From positions 1,536,281 to 1,600,280 of the forward strand of contig CM082584.2 of the NCBI GenBank assembly GCA_040954595.2: a stretch of DNA of 64,000 nucleotides, in the 5' to 3' direction. How positions within the stretch are numbered: the stretch's first letter is position 1; each line of letters begins with the position of its first letter. The notes under the pieces were generated by a model. The model made no database searches. It saw only the letters and a list, made by a program, of their open reading frames with translations, and was not told where the DNA came from. The position numbers were made by a program, and so were the translations under genes. The stretch is from Balanoglossus misakiensis. Lineage: Eukaryota > Animalia > Hemichordata. This document shows positions 40,301-53,158 of the stretch, in pieces.

Positions 40301-42723
40301 TTTGATATTAATGAAGTTATTAAAGTTTTAATTTTTCTATTACATGGTTGTCTATGAGAGCTTTCGTTAATGCTGCATATATGACCAGTGGAAACGATAG
40401 TTTGAGGAGATCGACTGTTTGAGGGCGCTGTGAAATGAGACATTCCTGGCGATATTGCCGTGGTTCTGTCCATGCTCAGACGCTGTACCCGTCGTTACGA
40501 ATAACTTCCCTACGTGAATCCACAAGGAAGCTAACGTTGTTTAGTTGCTTCATAGAGCGTAAATTGTTAATCTACAGGACCGTCAGACGAATACTCTTTT
40601 CAAATGAAGTTTGAAACTACTTACGAGTAAGTTAGTGGAGACAATATGGCGGATAGTTGGCGTGCAGCCGAATCCGCGTTATGACTATGACGTGACCCAT
40701 TCATCAAGACAAACCGTAAATGATTCACGCATATTGTGGTCCTCACGCAGTCAATCTCAAAATGTCACCAGGCTTTCTATTTGTCTATTGTTCAGAGAAA
40801 AATAACATGGCGGTTGATCACACTCAACAGTAAAATCCGTTTTGTGTGTTTATAGACAGTCTGTTATCGCCAATACTATATAGCGATTGCTAGATGGCCT
40901 ACCCAAATGTGATCGAGCGAGAATGATAACATTGAATGTCTGTTCAGATCTCATTCCGTACGTCATACGTCAACATTTCGATTTCGATTTAATCCATTCA
41001 TAAAGAATTTAGAGAAAGTCGTCTTGAATTGTGACCCCGACTATCAATTAGTTTACGATGATTTTTTGGCGACGGAATACACGAGACGCCATTGCATAAC
41101 TACGTCAGCTGGACTTCCAAGGTTACCATTTTGTGTGTATGGAATCTTATCACAGAGCCTACGTACTTTGACAATATGCCATGCTATATCAATGACGCCC
41201 CAGAAAATTTGTCAAAAAATGAATTTGTCTTCTCATGGTGGTGCAATATATTTTAATGTCTATTTTGAGGTTGATTTTGGTTTTTGGCTAACATGTATAT
41301 AAATGTCAGCTTATAGCATAAGTTGGTGTCCGTCGGCTATGTATGTCTGTATGTGTGCCTCATACAGAATTATGTATTTTGTGAATGGATCAGTTTCGTC
41401 TTAATGTATTGATGTATGTATGTGTATGTCCATCAACATCAAAAACTTGAAACTACTGATATTTAGTGTGTACATAGAAATTGTTATTGCGAAAAAATGC
41501 ATACTGGTATTAACTGGAAAAATGTTCAAATAGTCAAAATTGAAAAACTTAATAACAGCGGATCAGATTAAGTTAAAAATTGGCGTGCATTGGTGTGCAA
41601 GTACTTTGGGAAGACCTCGTATGATTTTGTTCAGGTGGAGTCAGTATCTGGCGTTTCCTATTTTTTATGAATTTTTTGGGGAATTTTCTGCAGTTTTGTT
41701 AAAAAAAAATTTTCTCTGAAATTACATGTCCAATTGATTGGAAACTTGGTATGGAGGTTCATAGGGCTTACCTGAATCACATTTGTGCAAACGGTGGTGA
41801 AATTTGCAAAAATGCATTTTTGGGCAATATTTCCTGTTTTTGCCAAAAAATCCAATCCTGTGAAATGTAGGTGCAATTGTTTTGATACTTTGTATTTGGG
41901 TTTCTAGGGGTGATCTCAGTCAGATATGATCAAATTGTAATGAAATTTGCATAATTGTATTTTTTGGGAATTTCTGCAGGGTTTGGCCAAATAGTCTTCG
42001 GTAATACCACAAGTCCAATTGGTTGGAAACTTTGAATGGGAATTCATATATGTGATATCAGTCAGATTTGTCTGAATTTCCTGTTGTTTGCCAAAATGTC
42101 TTCCTTATTGAAACTTGTTAAAGAGGTTCTTAGGCATGAACAGAAATCAGATTTGTTGAAATCTGGTGAAATATTCATACTTTTTGGTATATTTCTTGCC
42201 ATTTTTGATCAAAGAGTTTTAGAATTCCATAGACTTATTATTTTTATGCAGTTCAGGATGGGGTACATGACTCATAACCCCTTACAAAAATTGACAAGGC
42301 AACAATTCCACAAACATGTTTACATTTCACAATGGTGCAACACACAACCCTTACCCCATATACACTATAAACCAAAATGGTTTAAAACTGGTTTTTCTAA
42401 TCTTGTTATTCTGTCAACCAATCACAGTACTGCACGTGAGCATATTCAGTTAATATCTGGTTCCTGATTGCTTTGGAAGTTAGTTAACAATTTCATAACA
42501 CATGTACATGTATGTGCAACTTTGATTAAATTCTGGTTGTCAATATTTAGGTAGTTTGTTGTAAATTTCTTTGTTTTTGGATAGCAAATCTTTTTAACCA
42601 ATTGCTCAGTTTCTTTGAAAGTTACTGTTAACAAGGAGAGTTAGTACACCCAACTTAGACTTTTACACCCAACTTAGAGCTACTATGACTGGTTACTAAC
42701 TTCTATATCTATTTGATTCACAG

Positions 42724-42798
42724 ATGCTGCCTGAAATTGTCCGCATTTCAACTCGGGATTCTCTTCCTCGTCTGGGGCGAGTTTAAGACCGCTCAATG
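42724..42798 (+). other. Putative 75-nt mini-exon (type 1, copy B)
   Basis: Same splice signals as 36240-36314; open frame CCLKLSAFQLGILFLVWGEFKTAQ. Confidence 0.6.
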
Positions 42799-43975
42799 GT
42801 AAGCATGACTTGCTGTATATTTGCTTTTATCGGGCGTGGCACAACCGAAACAATAGGAAACAATGTATGTCTACGAACTAATTTACACCTTCCAGTTATC
42901 AATACTTTTTTCCTTCGAATTCTAGCCTCGATTGCCTGTGATATGATCGTGATGACATGAATTAAATGGTCAAGTTCAAATCTTCATGTGAAGCATAAAT
43001 TAAATTTGGATGCATTTCCTTAACCATATAGCTAGAAATTACTCCCATACCAATACACGGGGAGATACCGTAATTTTGGCTGAAAGTGTGCTAGTCCAAC
43101 ACTATGCTTCATCAAACTGGCTAAGAGATCTATTATTATATATAGACACATGAAGGAAAGTAATGTTGTTTATAGTGAAATAAAACAATACCTTAGGCCA
43201 CAAAGAAAAATATAGATCACGACACAAACAGGCTGGAGTTTTTTTCAAAAATGTGTGCATAAGATCATATTGGCCCATGGTAATCAAAGCCAAAGCAGCC
43301 CAGTTCCAAATTCGAAACTCAGCTCAGTACCAGAAACTTGCTCAAAGCTACCAAATGCACAGAAAGTTTTGAGAATCTAGATGAAAAATCACCAAGCGAC
43401 TAGTGCGCTTGTCTATGTTCAATGTGTCTTCCCTGGTAACAACATGTACTTCTGCCACCATGCCATGAGATATACTGACAGCCACGTTTGAAACATTTTA
43501 GTATACTGATATTCAAAGTTTAAATGTAAAGGCTTACTTTTCTATAGTAAAATAAATGTTTTATAATTGCCAACAATTTACATTCTTGCGCTAATCAGTT
43601 GTATGAAAAGTGAGGTGGATCAAATGTAAGTTTCATTTTCACAACAAACATTAAGAAATCATTGTACAGTGTTACGTAGATGTCAAAGTGTGTGTACACC
43701 TGTCGTTTACAGATATGATGTCAGTTTCACTTGTCACCTAACTGCCATGTTTGTGGTATACCCATGTGGACCACTTTACTGCAGTACTGATGTAAATGGA
43801 GTTTCAAGATCGCTGTTACAGATTTCTCTGATTCGTATTCCACGTACATTATCGCAGCACAGTCTGACCCTATATTATACCATGTTTTGCATATTTTCAC
43901 TAATTAGTATGGCCCAAATAATTCTAAAGCAAGGTTGATTGGTTACTAATTGATAAGCATATATTTGATTCACAG

Positions 43976-44048
43976 TCTTAAACACAGCATTTCAACGTAT
44001 GCCGGAGGAGGAAGAGAATACCTAGGCCTGATCCAAGACCGCTTTCCG
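43976..44048 (+). other. Putative 73-nt mini-exon (type 2, copy B)
   Basis: Identical over all 73 nt to 37242-37314, with the same acceptor and donor. Confidence 0.6.
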
Positions 44049-45043
44049 GTAAGCACAACTTGCTGTATACATGCTCCATAGCTTGTTTGTAAAGGCTACC
44101 TTTTCCCATCAAATAGTGAAGTCGCCCTTTCAAAATTATGGTGGTGGTAAGCCACAACTGGTTATCATGGAGAGCCCCATATAAACTTACCAGCCCACGC
44201 TAGCCATGACTTTACAAATGTTTCCGTCATACTATGCAGAAAATTCTGGCTGCCTTAAATAGGTTTTCACTTTGCGCTAGGGGGTCAAATCACATTGCAT
44301 TCTGGGCGAAAAGTCTACAACCCACTGTAGTAAGAGGTGGAAGAAATGATACATTTTGTGTATTTCATGCTTTGGTCAAACATGTCTGTCTCCGTAGTTA
44401 GCATATTAAACTCATTAAATGTTTTTCACATTTTGTTATTTTGTCTGTTATGACCCATTATCACTTTAGCTTTAGCTTAGGCTCCATTCACAAACACCTC
44501 TGGATGGGGGGGGGGGGGGGGGGAAATTCAATTTTTTTACTGCTAATTTTCACATGCCCCCCCCCCCTGTACACAACCCGAAATATTTTCAAATCCCCCA
44601 CCCCCTTCTGAACTGCCAAAATTTTAAAATCCCCCCCCCATTTTCTTTCACAGAGCAAAACACATCACTTATCTATCTTGTAAAAAAGAAAAACAGCGCT
44701 CCCATGAAAAGACTTTGAAACTGATGTTTCCCCTCATCAGTGGGTATTAAAACTGAACATGGTTTTTATTTTTTAAGTATTTGTATTCTGTGTTGGGAGA
44801 CATTGTAAACCGGGAATTGAAGGGGGTGGGTGTGGGAAGGGGTGTCCCCCTCCCACGTAAGAAAATTTTATAAAATACAGAGCTCAAAGCTGCATTTTTA
44901 TGAACCCGGCAAAAGCAAATTAACTCAACTACCAGTATGTTGGGGAGGATAAATTTAACCGTCGCCGCTCAAAGTTATCATGGGGTGGGGGCAAGTCCCC
45001 TGACATGGGACACTAGATAAACCAGTTAATGATTGAAAGGTGT

Positions 45044-45445
45044 TGATGAAATAGCTACATGCCTATTGTTAACAAGCAGCTGACTGTACTGAAAGAATGG
45101 AAGTGTTGTGTACCTATTTTACATATTCAATATTTGTAATTAGACCATGTCATGTATATCTTGGGGATTGCTCGATCGCAATGTCTCTGCTGGTACAATG
45201 TCCTTTTAACTTGTACAGTAATATGGTAGTGATTGTAAGTTTGTGATGAAATAGCTACATGACTATTGTTCACAAGCAGCTGACTGTACTGTAAGACTGG
45301 AAGTGTTGTGTACATATTTTACATATTCAATATTTGTAATTAGACCATGTCATGTATATCTTGGGGATTGCTCGATCACAATGTCTCTGCTGGTACAATG
45401 TCCTTTTAACATGTTCAGTAATATGGTAGTAATTGTAAGTTTGTG
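45044..45445 (+). repeat. Local 201-bp tandem duplication
   Basis: TGATGAAATAGCTACATG...ATTGTAAGTTTG occurs at ~45044 and ~45245, but only once in copy A (~38112). Confidence 0.92.
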
Positions 45446-48402
45446 TGCGGCATTTGTAAATTATTTTCAATTGATAATTTTTTTGTAAGTTTCTTCATTC
45501 TCAAATTGCTTGCCTAAAGTACTGCTTTAAAATTTAAATTTTGGTATGATTTTGAGTAGACTTTTTGTTTCAAAATTATTTTCGACACTTGACATTTTTG
45601 GGTGATATGATTTTACATGGAAAATCTGATTTCCCTGTAATTCGGTTGACAGGATTTTCACAATATCTCTAAATCATGAAGTACATGTATCAGAATTGCA
45701 TCAGGCCCCCAAAATTCTAGTCGCCCTTGGCAAGTAATATTAGCCATTGTTGTCCAAGGACGTTGAAGGTACAATTGGTTTTTAAACTTACTATGTAGGC
45801 ATTTTATCAGAATTATTAGGTCCCATTTGGTGCAGGTATATGTATTTATACCATGGGACCTTATGGGATCAGTTGCACCTGTATATATGGATGTCTGTAT
45901 GGATGTTTGTCTGTATGTCTATCAATATCAAACACTTGGAAACCACTGGCATGTGACCTTGATATTTAGTGTGGAGATGCAGGCAGGGCATTAAGTGGGA
46001 GTTGTCAAAATGAACTTGTCATTGCCAAAATATGCAAATTAGCTGGGAAAGTGTCAAATTCGTCCAAACTCGGGAACTCGACAACTACTGAGCAAATTGC
46101 TTTCAAAATTGAAAATTGGTATTCCTGTAAGTTATGTTAACCTCACACAGTTCTATATGTTGTGAGCTAATGTGAATTTTCGATTTTTTATGTATTTTTT
46201 GTCTCTTTCCACATTATCGGTAGAAAATCTGCTTTTCTGGAATTGATCAGCTGACTTATTTGAAATTTAGTATGAAGCTTCATAGGTGATCTGAGTTATC
46301 ATAGTTTTGTAAGGTCCCATTTGCTTTACCATGGGACCTTATGATATCGGTGGATGTATGTATGTATGTCTGTATGTCCGTCCACATCACAAACTTGAAA
46401 ACCACTGGGCATATGACCTCGATATTTGGTGTGTAGATGCAGGCCAGACTGAAGATTGGAGTTTGTTCAAATGAAGCTGTCATTGCCAAAAATATGCAAA
46501 TTAGCTAGGAAAATGTGAAATTGGTCAAAACTCAAACTCAACAACCACTGGTCACATTCATTTGAAAATCAGTATGCATGTACCTTATGTCTACCTCAAA
46601 CAGTCCTGTATGTTTTGAGCTAATATTATCGATTTTTAATTTTTTATGCCAAAAATCTTTTATGCATTTTTTGTATTATTCCACATTATTGGTAAAGAAA
46701 TCATCATTTCTTAAAGTTATAGGCCTCATTCTTTGAATTTTAGTATGAAGCTTCTAATGGTTGTCTGAGTAACCAAAGTTTTGTTCAAATTGTTGAAAAA
46801 TTTGCATATTTTAATTTTGAGCAATTTTTGCCACTCTTGGTCATTTTTTTTCTTTAAAACTGCATGCCAGATTGATTTGGTAGGCATATTCCTAAGGGTA
46901 AACTGAGTAAGATGTTGTAAAAATGTTTTAGTATATATTGTGTTATTGGGGAAGGGGGGGGGGGGGTTACTCAAACATTTATAACACCCAGCAACTTTTG
47001 GTACTGGCAGGGTTTGTCCTCCAATGATTTCAACATCCTGCTAGGAATACAACCTCTCCTCAACTTTATAAATATAGGGCATGACATTGCAGGTTTTTTG
47101 AGAACACTGTTTAAAATAACCCTCATCAAGCCTGTTAACTTATTTAGACAGACTATTATCCAGAATGAAACGAAACATGGATGCAATAAAAAGATCTTGT
47201 GCAATAAAAACCAAGTTGATCATAACAATTATTTGCTAAGTACAACATGTACATCACTAATAGAAGTTATGGCTGTAAGCATAAACCTGTTTGTTTTGCT
47301 ATCTTCACTATTCATATTATCTGACTATATTAATACATTTGCAAGCATACTGTTTCAGACATAGCGAATTTGATAAACATCTACAAATATATTTTTACCT
47401 GTTGAAGTTATCAAAATCCAGACACTTGACAAAAGGACATTTTTCATCCCCTCTATAGATTGATAGTCTAACATAGCAGGCAATCTGTTTTTAACAACTG
47501 CAGAAGCCTTCATAAAAAGTTGTTGGCCAGAATGAAAGCTTAGGGGGACGTAGGATTTCCTACTTTTTAGGTTATTTTTTCTATGGCCCCAAAAAGCTAT
47601 GACAAAAAATTGATGACCCCCTTGGAATTTATAATTCCCCCCCCCCTATCATACCCTGTCCATATTCTTATAAATGTCAATAAATGCCATACAGTCCTGT
47701 ATGTTTTGTTTTGAGCTAATATTATGAATTTTCTATTTTTATTGTTTTGTCTTTTACTGCATTATTGGTAAAGAAAAATCTTCCTTTCTGAAAGCCATAG
47801 TTTTTGTTCAAATTGCAAATTGTTGTGAAATTGGTATATTTATAATTTTGAGCAATTTTGTAATTTTTGCTCAGAATGCAGATTCCTAGGGGGGTAACCC
47901 AAGTAAGGTGTTGTAAAAGAATTGTTTAAAAAATAAAAATATATTTGTAGATGGTTATCAAATTCGCTGTGTCTGAAAGCGCTTGTCAGATTGCTTTGAA
48001 CTTTGACAGGAATGTTCCTTGTAGTGATTTAAGTAAGATGGTGTACAATTATAGTGATTTTTGCATATTTGTGTTTTTGCCACTTTTGAACAAATGTAGT
48101 TTTGTTTAACCCCCATCTTACCCTATCCATATTCAAATAAATATGAAAAGAAATTTCTCACAGATATTATTTACTTTGATAATACTATCATTTGTGCAAC
48201 AACTAATCAATCAAACAGTCAATAATCATAAATTGGGAGTTCAAAAATATCTATAAGGGAGATTTAAAACCCCGTTAGCAACAACTGTTTGCCATGTTTT
48301 CAGTATTAATGTTTTGTGTAGCTTCTGCAGTTTTTAGGTCCCATATGGTATGTACCATGGGCCTTATGGAATCAGTTGCGTCTGTATTTATGTATGGATG
48401 TA

Positions 48403-48600
48403 CTGTATTTTCGCGAGTTAAATTTTTCGCGATATCGAGAGAGGCCACTGTTTCGCGAGTATTAATTTTCGCGTTCTCTTATTTCATTCACTGCATCGTT
48501 ATCTTCAAAAACAATTTACGCGACTTTTTATTTTCACGTTATTTTGGCTCTCGCGTATTTGGCGAAAATTAATTGCTCGCGAAAATAAAGTGTTTTACAG
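48403..48600. mobile_element. ~200-bp MITE with TA target duplication
   Basis: TA|CTGTA...TACAG|TA, with internal TTTTCGCG(A) motifs and the inverse CTCGCGAAAAT. It sits inside the (GTAT/GTCT)n microsatellite of a HINE-like element whose other copies lack it. Confidence 0.85.
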
Positions 48601-50297
48601 TATGTCTGTCTGTTTGTATGGATGTATGTCTGTATGACCGTCCACATCTAAAACTTGAAAACCGTTGTGCATATCACCTCGATATTTGGTGTGCAGATGC
48701 AGGCTGGGCTGTAGATTGGAGTTTGTTAACATGAAAATGTCATTACCAAATATATGCAAATTAGCTGGAAAATGTGAAATTGGTCAAAACTCGCAAAATT
48801 CAACAACTGCTGGTCAGATTGATTTGGAAATTGGTATGCAAGTACCTTATGCCTACCTCATACAGTCCTGTATGTTTTGAGCTAATTTTGATTTTCTATT
48901 TTTGATGCATTTGTTTGTATTTTTCAACATTATTGGTAAAAAATCTTCATATGAATCTAAAATTACCGTCGAATCATCCAGTGTGAGTTAGCACTGTAAT
49001 TAGCAAAAGTTATAAATCCACAGTTACCCAGCAAATTTGATATAATGCTTCACATAGGTATTGGTTTTGAACATCCTTCAGAAAGGGTATGAATATTTTA
49101 AAATTTTTACTGTTGCAACCCAGACTAGTTTATTTCTGAATAAACAGAGAAATGACAACCGGATAGATTATTCTTCTGTACTAAAGACATATGCAGACAC
49201 AAGAAATAGTCTGAACATTTTCAGTACATTACTAAAACAGTGTCGGTACATTGTACTATAAACTGAGGAAGATTAGTGACTATTGTTTGCCAAAAATGGT
49301 CCCAAGTCATTTCTCAAGCATAGCAGAATAGTAGCTTTGAGTAGCAAAGTGTGATGATTTAAAATGTAAAAAGACAACACCAATCTCTAGCTCTGCTCTC
49401 AGCACTGCAAAAGTTATCTGACAGGTAGATAGATGTTCAGTCATCCTATGTCTGTCAACATTTTTCTTTTCTGAAATCACTGGCGCAAGTGCTTTTAAAA
49501 TTGGTGTGCAGGTTTCTTGGGGTGGCGAAGTAATGTGTGTTCAAATTGTGTTGAATTCTGCATATTTGTAGTTTGGAACAAGTTTTTTGCTGTTTTTGGA
49601 AGAAAAAAGCTAAGCTCGTAGATTACTTTGACTATGCAGGTTTCTAGGTATGACACAAGTTGTTTCTTCAAAATATGGTGAAATTTGCATATTTGGGGGG
49701 AAATTTTCTCTGAAATTTAGTATTGATCTCCCTGAGGTATGTGACATAATCTGTAATTTTGTATTTTGGAGACAGTTGCCTTTTTGTACAAACAAAAAAT
49801 CTTGTCAGAATATGCATGTCTGATTGCCATGTCCACAGGGGTGATCTACTTTTATTTACATTATAACCGAATCAGTAAAGTTTTCATAATGATCTTTAAA
49901 ATAGGTACGTCTAATTGTTTTGATCTTTGGTATGAATTGTCCCTTGGTGATCTTAGTCAATGCTTTTGAAATTCCGCTGAATATTGCATTATTATTTTGT
50001 CTAAGTCTGAAGAGTAGTCATCATCTCTGAAACCCCTTGACCTAAGTCAGGTGTCAAATAGTACAATTTGCAGATTTGTTGCATTGGAGATATTGTTGCA
50101 GTTTTTGAAATTCAAGATGGCTGCCAATGTCTGTGTTAACTCTATGGAAAAACATTTGTGTAAATACTTTTCTGAAAACAAGGCGGTGAACATCACATTT
50201 TTGTTTACAAACAGTAATAGAAATAGCTATCATTGTTTCTGAAAATCCTAACTTGTAGGATTCTTTTTCAATCTCTGGCATCAGCAGAGACAATTAA

Positions 50298-51030
50298 GGT
50301 GGCATTGCATGAAAAGTTGTGATTTTTGCCAAATTTTACTTTTTTACATAAATCGGTAGGCCTAATACTCACCCACATCCTGACTAATACGTCTTGGCGG
50401 AAATGGTGCACAATCACCCCCAAATAGCACTTTTCTGAATGAGTTCACAGCTTAACAAATAGGTGTCAACAATGCAAATGGCCGTTTTTCTCGGTTTGCA
50501 TTTTCGCTGCTTTTGACAACTTCGGACTAAAATAGCTTCGCCCTGCATTGGCCGAATTTGCTCAAATTTTGACAGGGAATTGTGTATGACCCATCCAACA
50601 AAACACTAGTTTTGTATGTCGATAAAGTGTCCCTAGCGGGAATAAACTCTGATTCAATACAACTCACCGTGAATTTGATCAAATTTTCAGAAAATCTAAC
50701 TTTCAAACGCTGTTACTCCTCAATGGAAGCAGATAACGCAAAACAAAATTAGCGTTTTTTTGCACGTGTACTTTAGTTTCGAATGACATATTAAGATGCA
50801 TGATGCATGGTCAACTTTTTTACCTATTTTAAATTTCATGACATAATATAAAAAAATGGGTTTTTTCGCCCAAAATCGCCACCATTTCCGGGGATCAATA
50901 ATATTTGCAACTCAAACAAAAGTTCAAAATCTCAGCTTCCAGAATATATATGGTTTATGGGGGTTTAAACTTTGTCTTTGATGAGAAATAGGCCTCTGAA
51001 AAAGTCTCGACGGTTTCATGCAGTGCCACC
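50298..51030. mobile_element. Non-autonomous Kolobok-type DNA transposon (733 bp)
   Basis: TTAA|GGTGGCATTGCATGAAA...TTTCATGCAGTGCCACC|TTAA (17-bp TIR, 1 mismatch). Confidence 0.92.
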
Positions 51031-51375
51031 TTAAACAACTCTATAAAAAGTCTTATTGCTTAGTACTGGCACGAGGTGGTAAAAAGATGTGCAGCTTTTG
51101 ACTTATTACAGGCTTACACTTTGTTAGTAATATGAGTCCCTATTGGTATTGTGCTGGGTTTTTAGGAGCTTGGGCCCCATTCCCTGGATATTTTTTACAC
51201 CTTGCTCTGAAAACCTGCCACACCTATGCTTCTTGAATTTGTCACAGTTGTCCTTGCCAATGAGTGTGCACCTTGAAATTCAAATCAGTCATTTGACCTG
51301 GCAGCCATATTCAGTTGAAATTGTTAAATAAATGCAAATTAGCTGGGAAAATTTGAAATTGGTCAAAACCACTGG

Positions 51376-52860
51376 TCAGATTGATTTGACAATTGGTATG
51401 CAAGTACCTTATGTCAACCACATACAGTCCTGTATTTTGAATAGTTTGAATGTTCTATTTTTATGCATTTTTTGCCTTTTTCCTCATTTTTGGTAAAACA
51501 TCTACTTTTCTAAAATTGATGAGACGACTTCTTTGAAATTTAGTATGAAGCTTCATATAGGTGATATGAGTTATCATACTTTTGTTAAAATGTTGCAAAA
51601 TTTGCATATTCATAATTTTGGAGCAATTTCGGCCGTTTTTGAATTTTTTTTTTAAACCGGTTGTTACATTGCTTTGAAATTTGTTAGTCATATTAGGGGT
51701 AGCCCAAGTAAGATTTGCATGTATGTTTTTCAAATCAACTTGATGAATTGAATAGTATATTTTTGGGATGATTTTTGCCATTTTCGGTCAAAACTCTTCT
51801 CAGAACCCCCCACAGTACGTGAAATATCCCATGAATCACTCTGGTTTGTACAACCAGAGATTACTCGGTCAAACCAGGCAAAGTTCACATGTGTAGAGAA
51901 AATTGTAGACCACTAATACAAATTTTGAGAGCATGCTTTAAAGGCGAATCTTATTGTCAATTACCATTTCAAATGATAAACAAAATCATGCATTATTGAA
52001 AGAGGAGATACAAATTTTATAAAATAAGCAATTGCATAGCCAGCCGATACAAAAAAGTTTGAAGTAAAACAGGGACACTTGAAACACTTGTTTAATCAAA
52101 CAAAACGATATTGATTTTTTTCTATAGACAGAACAATGGAAATTTACATGTTAACTTTCAACAGAGACTGGCCACCTCAGTTAGTCATTGCTTCTTTCCT
52201 CCTAAGTGTGACATTTGACGTACATGAATGAATACCTTGATTTCTATGGCTTTTAAATCTTGATTTTGAAATTTTCACTCTAATTCCTCAACATACTTTT
52301 TCTAGATAAATCTTAATACAGTTATATGTACTTCATATCATTGTTAGTATCTAAAACAGAAAGTAATTAAATGGACAATCTCGATGATACAAATCATGGA
52401 GAGTTGTGGGTAAAATATCGTACTGTGCCCCCTTTACCCCCACTGCTTTGAAATTTGATTTGAAGGTTTCAGGGTTTGTTCTCATGATAATTTACAGATT
52501 GATTTGACAATTGGTATGCAAGTACCTTATGTCAACCACATACAATCCTGTATTTTTTTAACTAATAGTTTGAATGTTCTATTTTATGCATTTTTTGCCT
52601 TTTTCCTCATTTGTGGTAAAAAAATTTAGTATGAAGCTTCATGTAGGTGATATGCGTTACAATACTTTTGTTGAAATGTTGCAAAATTTGCATATTGATA
52701 ATTTTGGAGCAATTTCAGCCTTGTTTAATTAATTTTTTTTCTCTAAAACCGCTTGTTCCATTGCTTTAAAATTTGTTAGTCATGTTAGGGGTAGCTCAAG
52801 TAAGATTTGCATGTATGTTTTTCAAATCAACTTGATGAATTGAATAGTATATTTTTGGGG
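51376..52860 (+). repeat. Two ~400-bp direct copies (51376-51780 and 52496-52860)
   Basis: Both run from CAGATTGATTTGACAATTGGTATGCAAGTACCTTATGTCAACCACATAC to TCAAATCAACTTGATGAATTGAATAGTATATTTTTGGG. Confidence 0.9.
51811..52427. mobile_element. Non-autonomous Transib-like DNA transposon (617 bp)
   Basis: CCCCC|CACAGTACG...CGTACTGTG|CCCCC: CAC termini, a 5-bp GC-rich flanking duplication and an imperfect TIR extending ~50 bp. Confidence 0.75.
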
Positions 52861-52861
52861 G

Positions 52862-53158
52862 ATCAAATCAAATCAAATCAAAACAAACATTTATAAAGCG
52901 CCAGAATCAATAACAATGTTATTTCCAAAGGCGCTGAAAGTATAACATCAGTGTTCGTAGGCTTTGACAAATAGAAATGTCTTGAGTTTTTGTTTGAAAA
53001 TGTTGAGACTAGAAGCCTGTTGAATGTCAGATGGCAGAGAATTCCAAAGTTGTGGCGCGACAAGGGAAAAGGCACATCCACCATATGTTTTGAGTCTGTA
53101 CTTTGGTACACACAACTGGTTCCTTGAGCTGGAGCGCAGAGCCCGACTAGGCTTATAT
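52862..53158 (-). mobile_element. Short 5'-truncated L2-clade LINE 3' end with (TTTGA)n tail
   Basis: Translates as YKPSRALRSSSRNQLCVPKYRLKTYGGCAFSLVAPQLWNSLPSDIQQASSLNIFKQKLKTFLF. The 3' UTR GGCGCTTTATAAAT is followed by (TTTGA)n. The empty site TTTTGGG|ATGATTTTTG is in the paralog at ~51767. Confidence 0.92.

Larger units (their letters stand above)
42676..46950 (+). repeat. Segmental duplication, copy B
   Basis: Collinear with 36192-39900. It lacks the 36557 MITE and ~37441-37665, and has extra blocks at ~43246-43862 and ~44476-45040 plus a 201-bp tandem duplication. Similarity to copy A resumes at ~47690-48100. Confidence 0.92.

Noticed and set aside
42036-42467. 143-aa ORF
   Set aside because: It overlaps diverged core repeats, has low-information composition and shows no motif.
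46971-47364. ORFs of 77 and 116 aa in the block specific to duplicate B
   Set aside because: No recognisable domain or splice structure; probably the interior of an inserted element.
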